The notes below the pieces were generated by a model that was given only the letters and a program-made list of their open reading frames with translations, did not search any database and had not been told where the DNA came from. A stretch of DNA of 64,000 bases from Hydrurus foetidus (lineage: Eukaryota): contig UYFQ01000659.1 of the NCBI GenBank assembly GCA_900617105.1, positions 1-64,000 on the forward strand, written 5' to 3'. A program made the position numbers and the translations under genes. Below, piece after piece: positions 39,901 through 50,152 of the stretch. Every line of letters begins with the position of its first letter. Position 1 is the stretch's first letter.

Positions 39901-41542
39901 TTTTTTAGTACGACATGAATACATTGATGTGCCAGAAAATCAAAGAATGGCATGTTTAAAATATATTTTGAAAAAAGAAATTCAATCGTGGGATGATAAA
40001 AATGAAAACGAAGATGAAATTAAAAATGAAAACGAAATCGAATCTTCTCCTACAAAAGATGATCATACAAACAAGATTGACGGAAAAGAAGTAGAGAACA
40101 AAGTGGAGAATTCAATTGATATTAAAAAGGTAGCGCCAAAATTGAAAAGACTACTAAGTAGAAGAGAAAAAATTACTGAAACAGTAGAGGAGGAAATAAA
40201 AGAGAAAATAGTTGCTAAAATAGAACAAAAATCTTCTTCTTCTTCTTCTTCTTCTTCTTCTCCTTTTCCCTCTCATTATTCTCCCTTCCCCTCTGCTTCT
40301 GCTACACTATCTTCCACTACCTCTTTCTCTACCTCTTCTCGTCCTTTTCAAGCGGTGATTTTTGCGGATGATGAAGAGTTAGCTAAAAGTGTTTGTGAAA
40401 CGGTTAAAATACTATTAGAGCAAAAAGGTATTAACACCACGAAACTTACATTTCTAAAACAAAACAATTTTATATGTTTTTAAAATCTTGGCAATATGAA
40501 AACATGATGACTATGTCATGACAATTTGATACTTGATATTATCTCAATATTTGGATTCTGAATTTGAAATATTTTTAATTTTTAATTTTTTAATTTTTAA
40601 TTTCAGGTGATGCAAAAATGGAATCTCTGGGAGGAGGTGTCAGTTTTTTGTCCGATCAGGGCTCACTTGATGAGAGAGCAAAAGCTCTCAGCGCTTTCAG
40701 GTGAACATATTAACTGTTATAAGATAGGATAGAGGAATTGGCATTTATATGATGTCAGATAGATGTTGTCATCGCATTACAGTATGAGTCATTCACCATT
40801 TTTTATTTGAGATCTAAAATTTCAAATACTGGACTATTAAAACCCCCATAGAACAAGTGCATTTTTTAGCCCGTATAGAACATATATTTAGCCGTGTAGA
40901 ACATATATTTAGCCGTGTAGAACATACATTTAGCCGTGTACCTTTCCGTGTAATTTAGCCGGACACCTCCCTTTATGATTTAACCTTAGGGAGGGCACGT
41001 CTAGCGTGCTAGTGTGCAGCCACATAGCGGCGAGGGGATTGGACGTTCCAAATATCACACACGTCATACAAGTAAGTCAGTCATCCTAATCTCTCCTATT
41101 AGACCACATCCCATCTATCGTGTAGTGTCCGGTCGGTATCGCATTTTACCCCACTACTTTCTAACTCACCTCACCTCCCCTTGTTCTACTCTATCTCATC
41201 CTATCCTTCCTGGCATATCATATTACATTCTATTATGAGCTGCGCTACGACATCCTGTGCTATATATGATATTCGTATTCATTTCATCGAGGAATTTATC
41301 TCACAACACACGTAAAATAACTCACTGCCCCCTTTCTCGCCTCATCTTTTTAGATGAAATTACCGGATAACGTGGATGAGTATTTACACAAAGCAGGCAG
41401 GACAGGAAGATTAGGAAGAAAAGGAAAGGCAATAACATTCGTATCGACTGATGAACATTTTGTTGTCCAAAGATTTAGTAATGAACTCGGTGTTCCGATT
41501 CATAAAAGATCAATCAAATCCGTGAAAAAACAGTCAGAGTGA
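36990..41542 (+). CDS. DEAD-box ATP-dependent RNA helicase, predicted plastid-targeted; ~8 exons
   Basis: Q motif [49 protein letters not shown]. Signal peptide ends SQSLS|Y. The true start may be a downstream Met. Confidence 0.92.
38517..38706. mobile_element. CAAGG-terminal foldback element, divergent subfamily
   Basis: caagggttgtgttt...tttttaatcgggtaccagccccccacacaacaacacacag pairs with ctgtgtgttgttgtgtgggggcttgtacccgattaaaaa...aaacacgacctttg. Confidence 0.8.
38743..38906. mobile_element. CAAGG-terminal foldback element, close relative of 27829-27991
   Basis: caaggctcctcatttattccaggtccacgtttattctggac pairs with gtccagaataaacgtggacctggaacaaaagaggagccttg. Confidence 0.85.
38969..39036. repeat. 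Perfect 34-bp tandem duplication just upstream of a splice acceptor
   Basis: tgtacatttccgtacgttcactctattcacttta x2. Confidence 0.9.
40866..40940. repeat. Intronic minisatellite, ~3.5 x 21 bp (tagccgtgtagaacatatatt)
   Basis: Direct tandem copies. Confidence 0.85.
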
Positions 41543-42100
41543 TTTTACGGTTTTGCCTTGATTTTCGTATGTTTTTGAAATCATCTTTCACTGTCATAAT
41601 AGCGCTCTGAAAGTTATCAGTTTGACAGTCTATTCGTCTTACTATGCAGCTGTTGTATATACCAATACTCACTTGCCAACTCATATTGTATACATCAGTA
41701 TTTCCTGGCATTTTTTCCCATGGGAAATGAATAAAATTAAGATTGAAGTTTCTTCAGTTCGAATTCCCTCCGAAAAAACAGTTCAATCGCTTTAGATATT
41801 ATCAGCTGATACACCAATTATTTGATTCTTAAAGCAGTTACTCGAACTCTTTGAAAATCATGACCAATTCGGAGATGTGTTGAAATGCATGAAATACGAC
41901 GTGCCGAAATGTCATAAGTAAGAATGAGAAAAGCCAATACATGATGTGATGAGATGTTATACCACTCTACTCGATTCGATTGAATTCGATTAAATTTGAA
42001 TACTGCAACAGCGACTAAATCGAATAGCCTAGCGTAGCCTATTACACCCCTCGATCAACTGAAAGCATATCAAATTAAATTCAATTAAATTGAATATCAC

Positions 42101-44153
42101 TTAGTATCCAGTTGGTATGACATCAGGCGGTGGTGTTGACACTACCTCTTCCACTACCTTCTCCTCACTCGTACCCACAATTACAACAGGTGTTGAAATG
42201 CCTAATTTCTCATTGTTTTCTTTTTCTTCTTTTTCTTTCTTTGCCTTGGCCATTGCGACTGGATCGATGATTTCGAGTAATACGTTGTGATTGGTGTACA
42301 CACAGATATCACCAGCGATTTTCATTGCTCTTCTTACTATTTCTTCGGCGCCAACTCCAGGTTGATCAATCAGAGCCAACGCAGCAGCTACAAAAAACAT
42401 GAAAATATTGAATGATACATTAGCTAAATAGTGAAATATACACATGCATAGATATGAAAAGAGCGATATATTATACACTGAAAACAAATGAAGAGGAAAT
42501 AAAAACTCGAAATGGAGAGAAATCAAACGAGAAAAGAAGCAGGTTTCGTCATGAAGTGAAGCGAACGGAAATAAGTAATAGTGCTATTAAAGAAACACGA
42601 AGCAGACAAGAGAAATGCAGGGACAATATCGAGTATCCTTTTATACACAAATATCAACTTTACGTGATCAAAATTCAAATATTTTCTCTCAGTACGCGTA
42701 TAAAATATCTACATCTACTTGTTACGATTAAAAGTGCTCTCAAACATGAGTTTCAGCAGCTATTTCCATTTATGTTTTTACCTTGGGCGTATGATCCTCC
42801 AGAACCCACAGCTGCATACGGTTAAAATTATGGCAGTAAAATACAAAATTTAGACAAAGATTAATAGATATTGATAGCTGTGAAAAGTATCACTTAGTTG
42901 TGAGATATGTTATCAGTTTGAAGCCGTAAATATATTTAATAGTAGGTGGAAAATTGTCGAGGAGGACATGGCAGATGATCGCTTTTTGTTTCACTCAATT
43001 AAAAGTGCTGATGACGTAGGTTCGGTAATTGCTCTCTGAGTGAACAAAGCCAGCATCATGAAACAGAAGAAATCAAGAGAAAAAAAGCACTGCGTATGAA
43101 AAAGAAGAATACAGTTTATGGAGTATTCTCTTGTCAGCAATTTGTTCCTTTTTGCGCTTCTACGAGGTATAAGGAGATCTGTCAAGACCTAATACGGCAA
43201 CAAGACAATTACATCAACAAGACTAATTACAACCAGTTACAACAAGACAGCAAGGCGATCTGTAGGGCGTAACTTACCCATGACACCAGTCTCTGGCTCG
43301 AGCACATCTCCATTACCCGTTAGTTCGAATATATTCGTTTCGTCAGCAACAAGTAGCACAGCCTTCAAGATGAGAATAAAAATAACAATTGAAGATTAGG
43401 TCCTAGAGGGTATTTATGATGCTTAATGAGGAAAGAAGCCAGATAGTATCAGGTGTGAGGAGACTCATGATGTGTTGATGATGGGATTGAAAGCTTGTTA
43501 TGAAAATAATGCAGTAATACTATGAAAATATAATGTTCTGGGAATCTTGTTGTTCTGATGATAGTAAGGGAAAAGCCAAGTACGAGGAAAAGCAAGCTAT
43601 TTGATATCAGTCAATTTAGATAGTTATTTGTTTTCTCATTTTCTAAAGAGTGTGCTTATGGTCATAACCAATGTGCTTTGGAATAGTGTGGAAGAATGCT
43701 GTGAGATCCATCTCGAGCTAATTGCTGTATGTTTTCAGTCACCTCTAGTCGTCGTAGATACTTGTCGCTCCTCCAGTTCTTAGCTAACTCAACACAAGCA
43801 CGTGTCAACTGTCCTGGATGCTCCTCTAATTTCTTCTCCAAACGCTCAAGTAATGTGAGGGCATCAGCAGTCGAGCCGGCGAATCCAACTAGAATATTTT
43901 CGCCCAATCGTCGGACTTTTCTTGCATTTCCTTTCACAACACTTGAGCCGGCAGAGACTTGACCGTCCCCAGCCATAACAGTGAGGCCATCTTTCCTAAC
44001 AACTAATATTGTGGTTCCGTGTCTATCTATCGATTTCGACACGCCAGATCCAAAGGATCGTTGGATTAAGCTAACATTGTTCAAATGAAGTTGACTTCCA
44101 GAGAAGGCATTTCTTATTGGAAGTATTTGTACTGCTTTGCGGAATCCGAACAT
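42101..44153 (-). CDS. hslV: ATP-dependent protease subunit HslV (ClpQ), mitochondrial; exons 44153-43743, 43362-43278, 42811-42782, 42387-42101
   Basis: [10 protein letters not shown] (N-terminal catalytic Thr), [59 protein letters not shown]. Basic presequence without acidic residues. Confidence 0.96.
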
Positions 44154-45175
44154 TATGTATGAGTTCGTGATGACGTCGAGATTACCGGAGAACCTGCGCT
44201 ACTGACCAGAGAGTCCTCGACTGAGGTGATGCCTGACTGAGTCCGTGATGGTTCCAATCGATGATTTTGTAGGACAACCTCCGCAAATGGGAAGGTTTCA
44301 AGCAAAGTCGAAGGAGTCTTCTTCGTCTTGTGAGCCGGACTCTCAGAATGAATTTGGACGGAACGAACCGGAAACCGGAACTTCTTTTCTGTTCCCCGTA
44401 AATATTATCCGGATCTAGCGTACGTGCCCGTACAGGCATCTCATGGACCGCACGTGACCTTGCCCTCGCAAACTTCAAACCTAGCCAGCAACCGATATCT
44501 TTGATATCCTGGCTGCACGTTGCAGTGAATTGATATTTCACTGTTATCAAATCCAAGATTGTTCCTGCGTTTTGCGCGCGGCGTTCCATTCTCAAAAAAG
44601 TATGATAAACTTGATACCGTAGGTTTGAGAGACTCAAATTTTGATAGTGAAATAACATTGACTAAAATTGGCATGACACAGCCAATCTCTGCACGGAAAC
44701 GATCCTTGAATACTTCACTAAGCAATAGACTGAAGAAAGGAGAAAGTATCAAATTGTCGAAATTTAGTGAAGTATTTGGAGAGTTTCCCCGAAATTTGGG
44801 TGAGAATTCTGGATTTTACGGCTAATACTGAACTTCAAAGTGGAAAGAATTGAATTGAAGAACAATCGTAGTACGATTGATTGTGTACGCATGAAATCTA
44901 GTTGATAGATATCATCCAACAAGACAAGTATGTACTTTCGACTTTCACTTTCGACTAGCAGTTACATTTCAGGTCAATTGGATATCGTGGCTGCGACACT
45001 TCTCTTCAAGCGTTCCCGAGAACTCTAACGCCGAAAACTTCCCTTGAAGACTTGTTATCAGGCAAAGTGACAGGTGATATTATCCATCTCGATCTCCAGT
45101 AGTTAGAGATCAAACGATAAAAGCGAAGTCTTCAAGCCGTGCCAAACAGATTCGCTCGAGATTTCTTTGTCCTCC

Positions 45176-47386
45176 ATGAAGATGGTTTCTGCTGCTCATT
45201 TATCACTCGTATATCTGGGCTTCCTCTGCGCGAGTACATCTCTGAAGTTGCCAAGTTTCTTACAAAAGAAACTGCCGCAAATTGCTGCAGTAGTCATCAA
45301 TGTTTTCGTCCAATCCACGGTTCCTTTGGCCGCCCACGCAGGTAGACCATTCGATCAACTTCATGAACTCCAAGTTCGCCTCAGATATTGTAGACCGCTG
45401 AACTGACGAGTCTCACAAATGTTGGCTTTCTATTTAGGCATGTTGACATTTCCGCTTCCAGCGCCGCTTAAGAACAGCTTCGTCCTAGTGCGAGCTGGTG
45501 AATGCCATTCCGATTTGCAGCATGAGATTCAAACGAATCCTGTTAAGAAGCTCAGAATCGATAATGCCTTAACAGCAGAAGGTAAAGAAATTCAAACAGA
45601 ATTCTCAGAATGAAAAGAATCAGGAAACAAATGCGTTCATTTATTAGGCAACCAAAATCACACTGATATCACAGAAAATCATCAGCATCACACAGATCTT
45701 GCGACTAACTTTCAACTCATTCTATGAAGGAGACGGTACATCTTCTTCTGTTAAGTCATCTGTAAGATTCGTCAACAAACAATTAACACACTCTGTACAT
45801 TCTATTGCACTTCCCAATCTGCATTTATATTTTATCAGTCAGAGGCGATGTCTACACAACTCTTCCTTCATAATTCAAACCTTCTGGAATATTTCCATTA
45901 TTTATTTTCCTTCCGAATAATTATTCCTTACATACAATCTCCTTCTAATTATTCCTAACAAATTGTTCTTACCGTATCAGGCCGTATACAAGCGGTGGAC
46001 GCGTCTAAAACACTCGAAGAAATGGGATTTCTTCCTACCTATATATGGGCATCGAATACAGAGAGATCATACGAAACTGCTGCAATCATTGCGAGAGAAA
46101 GTCAACTCGGTCAAAACAGGTATTTTCACATTTCTTCATTTTTTTCTTTTCTTTTTTCATATCTAAGATTGTCTTTTCAGTTTTGTTGCTGTCACAATTA
46201 TACTACAATAGATAATAACAATTCTGTCAAAGATATTTTAAATTTATCTTACGTACAGTGAGAAAGATAGATGATAAAATAGATTAAAAGTCTATATCAC
46301 ATAAATAACACTATAACACTAGAAATAACATAATACACTTCTCAATTTGTACAATAGAATTGTTCCCGTGTTCAGCGATTTAGATGCTAGATCATTGGGT
46401 ACGTTTGAAGGAACGAACGCCGAAGATTCCTGGAAAACGATACACCGTAATGATGAATCTGACGGTATACATTGGCGGGCACCTTCCGCTACAGACGGTA
46501 CTCCTAGGTACGTACGTACTTACGTGTGTATGTACTTTTTTATTGTTGTGCATGTTTCTGTTTGGTTGTTGCAATGTTTAATTGGTCGTGTAAGTAGGTA
46601 TTTGATAAGTGTACGCGGACATGAATTGCGCAGTTCAATGTTCATCGTGTTACTCAGGATAAGGATTCTTAATCAAATTATTAAAATTACTCTGATTTTA
46701 TCCTATCTGCTACATCGATAATCATTAGGATATTTTTTCTACCACTAGAGTATACTGAACACTTTCTGCAGGCAACATACATCAGAAAGTGCTTTCCCCG
46801 TTTATTAACATTTTTCTCTTTATTTCGCCATTTTTTTTTTTGTTTCATTCTTTAGCTCTTGGTTCAGCATTTTTGATTTTGATTTAACATCTTTTATTGT
46901 CTGTTTGATTATTTAACCACATATGCATTAATTTACACATGTGTCCACACACTGTATTACAACTAATATGTTTATTTTTTTTTTATTTATTTACACAGTG
47001 ACAGCGTTGCAGATGTTCTAGTACGTGCCAATCAGTTAGTAAGTACGATGGAAAGCATGTATTCGGGCGAAAATATTGTAATTATATCACCAGACTCGGA
47101 CAACCTATCAATTTTGCAAGCTGCATTATTTGACGAAAATCCGGATACTTCACTACCAAAACATTCACGGTTTTGGTTCAAAAATGGTGAAGTACGCGAG
47201 TTGAAAAGTTTGGTGAAACCAACGGAATTATTAGTGACGGGTCAGACTTACGCAGAAGGCGATGCAGTGTATCGTAAAATGAAAGCTTTGAGGGTGGGGG
47301 GGAAATTTGCAAATAATGGATTGACTGAAAATGAATCTTGGATTCATTTGTGGCATTTGTCAATTGATAAAAATGAAAATAGTTAA
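45176..47386 (+). CDS. Phosphoglycerate-mutase-like (histidine phosphatase fold) protein, predicted plastid/thylakoid lumen; 5 exons
   Basis: VLVRAGE...TNPVKK...NALT, RSYETA, DLDARSLGTFEG, ESMYSGENIVIISPDSDNLSILQA, FKNGEVR. Leader is signal + transit + hydrophobic stretch ending AAHA. Confidence 0.8.
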
Positions 47387-48216
47387 ACAGTAATAAATCT
47401 TTTAATCGACTTATGTTTTTTTTCACTATTTTATTTGTAATACATATATGCGATGTTGATAAAAATAAATAAACAAATGAAGAAACAATGCACAACAACA
47501 CATATACAAGTAATATCTGCTATCACATAATTTACACAAAAATAAATTGAGAAGTAATGTTGAAGATAATCCTAATAAATGGAAATTAAAACATACTTTT
47601 CAAACGATTGTTTTTTGATCATACATGTACTATAGCTGTAGGCGATGATAAATAATACGTACGTGAGCAATTAAATGTAAATACCATCAAATTCGCACAC
47701 ACAGTAACTTTACATGAATTGATTTTGAAATCGAAGTTCACGTTAATTTTTATTTCTCATGTGATTTAATTAATAAAATTACAACACAGCATTTTGCCAT
47801 TTTTCGTTTCTGCAACAAAATAGCCAGTCTCTTTTCATGGAGTTTCAGTGATGTGATTTTTTGAACTTTGAAAGATAAATGGAGCGAAAATAAAATTAAA
47901 AGCAAAATAAGCTAGAAGAAGAATAACGTCTCATGCAATCTAAAATCTAATCACGTCAAATAAAATGACGAGAAATGGATTATGAAGAAACTATTATGCC
48001 GATATGCGATGTATTCCTGTACACTATGGTGTGCTGTGCGTACGTGTCGTACTTTCGAATGATGTGTGCTGTACATAGCCTATTGCAGTTTCGGTCCCCT
48101 AACTTTCTAATTTAATTTTCTCGTATTCCGCTTCATTTCTCCCAAATTTTAGACAACTTCGATCATCCACAAGAACTTACCTTTCATTTGTGAGAAAGTT
48201 GTATTAGACTACAATT

Positions 48217-48611
48217 CACAGGAACGCTAAAATATTTACCCATATATATAAGAGTCCGTTCGGCAGAAACGGTGTTTTGAAACTCTGCATTTCCGAATGC
48301 AGAGTTTCGGGAAAATCCAGCATAAATCGAAATACAGTAAAAAGTCGAATATGCAAAACTCTGCATTTTGACGGATACAAAGTTTTTTTCGGTGTGTCGA
48401 ACTCAACGAAATAAACCGAAATATTCTGCGTTGCAAGATTACAGTGAAATCGGTGAAATGCAGAGTTTTTCTATGCCGCTGAACGAACCCTAATTATTTT
48501 ATGGTAAGGTTCGAAATTTACCCAAAACTACCCCTTTTTATGGGAAAGTTTTCCTTTTTCCGCATATTTTATGGCGAAAATTTATATGGGAAACTTTTTA
48601 GCGTTCCCGTG
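48217..48611. mobile_element. MITE-like element with ~30-bp CAC-starting TIRs, interrupted by a nested element
   Basis: cacaggaacgctaaaatatttacccatata / tatatgggaaactttttagcgttcccgtg. Flanks are aatt and aatc. Confidence 0.75.
48252..48490. mobile_element. Nested PIF/Harbinger (Tourist)-like MITE
   Basis: TAA on both sides. Imperfect TIR gagtccgttcggcag / ccgctgaacgaaccc. Internal inverted aaactctgcatt / aatgcagagttt motifs. Confidence 0.6.
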
Positions 48612-48905
48612 AATCCTTACGTTACCACAAATATAACGGTTATATCTGCGCCGTACAGTACCGTACAGTACCGTACCGCACCGTACCGCACCGTTCCATA
48701 CCGTACTGTACCGTACGTGTTGGATCAAATCAGATCGATCCATATCTTCAGCAAAAGTTGTTGAAGTACAGATTTGAAATTTGGGTACACTCAGCGTTGA
48801 AGATAACAGATAACTGAATGGCACTGTAATCTGTTATCTAATCTGTAATCTGTAATCTGCTATAGACATAATCACATTTTGGCACTCCTGTTGTCTTGCA
48901 AAGTG

Positions 48906-49415
48906 ATGTCGTCTGTAGAGGAGTTGTATGCCGCTGGTGCAGGAAGTAATAGCGCCGCGTCATCAAATTTCAAGAATCAGAATGTTGCTCTGATTTGTTT
49001 GCTCGGAGTTGGACTGGGAAATATTATCCCACAGGACGATCAGCAGGCGCTGAGTATGATAAGGGCTGTCCACGTCTTCTTCTATTTGAGCTCGATAATG
49101 GTGTATCGTCAGTCGATCAAGAATATAGACAACACGTACACAAGTTTTACTTCAAAGAATGATTTCGGAATGTCAAACACAGAAAAAGCGGCAGCGAGAA
49201 TCAGCGCAAAATCTACAATAAATACAATTCTTTTTAGAGGTCTACTATCTGGTGTCTTTCATTTACGATCTTTGTACATCGTTCCTCTGGTAGCCTCTGT
49301 GGCAGTTGATATGTTCAGTTTGGTTGAGAATGAAAATTTCCTAGCGGTGGTGATAAATAGTCCGTTGAAGAAGCCGCATAATATTCCGAGATCGCAAAGC
49401 GGTCGGCTTATATAG
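48906..49415 (+). CDS. Intronless membrane protein resembling Pho88/Snd3 (SRP-independent ER targeting family)
   Basis: IPQDDQQALSMIR and INTILFRGLLSGVFHLRSLYIVPLVAS...LVENEN align by eye with recalled yeast Pho88 IDMEDPTIIMYIR and IKSIYTGMAMMGFMHLYLKYTNPLFMQ...LEHNE. Size and hydrophobic pattern also match. Confidence 0.65.
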   Translation: MSSVEELYAAGAGSNSAASSNFKNQNVALICLLGVGLGNIIPQDDQQALSMIRAVHVFFYLSSIMVYRQSIKNIDNTYTSFTSKNDFGMSNTEKAAARISAKSTINTILFRGLLSGVFHLRSLYIVPLVASVAVDMFSLVENENFLAVVINSPLKKPHNIPRSQSGRLI

Positions 49416-50152
49416 ATGCTCAGCTTCTTTTTTTTGTCATGGCGTGTTTTGATTTGCTGGTCATCTGTTGTGCACGAAAGGAGTTGAGATGAATGGAACT
49501 GAGTTGAGTCGAGTTCAATTGGTATGATTTAGAAGTCGATTGAAAACGATTTCACTGAACATTTCGAAGATTTCAAATTCTATCTGAGAGCCCTTTCCAA
49601 TCTATCCACATTATGTCGTTCAACGTGATGCGTCTTATTTCAATACCATGATCTCATTTTTTATTGACGTCAGTTCACAACATCTTTGTATTATTATTGA
49701 TAATTTTGTTTATTTCACCTCCATTTTTTTGGTTTACATAGTTAACTAAAAGAATTTTAATGCAAATTATTTCTAATTTTGATTTCTGAAGTTACGATTA
49801 TTTTTTTCTCTTTTATACTGTAGCATCTCATGTCTCTCAACTTCCGTGATAAGAAATGATAACAAAACCCGAGATTGAGACGAAATAAGGGAGAGAAATT
49901 TCAGTTTGATTTGGACGAGGAAACGAAGTTTTTCCTTCTGAAAAAGATTTTGTTTTTTTTCTTAAGATTTGAGTTATATACGTGCGATAATTATTTGAAT
50001 TTAATTATCGATTTCGCTAGAGGAAAAAAGTTGCAAAAAATATCTGAACAGAGAGAACTGTATGAAGTAAATCTGAACCAAAATTATTTATATTTGCTCC
50101 GATTTAATTCTATTTGCCATATCGGAAATTACTATCCTTTAATTAAACAATG

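Noticed and set aside
42985..43048. Short stem enclosing TGATGA and CTGA, like a C/D-box snoRNA
   Set aside because: The boxes are only ~25 nt apart and antisense to the host gene. No H box supports an H/ACA reading on the other strand.
44182..44825. Overlapping 88-158 aa ORFs between hslV and the PGAM-like gene
   Set aside because: No recognisable motifs, and they occupy the expected divergent promoter/UTR space.
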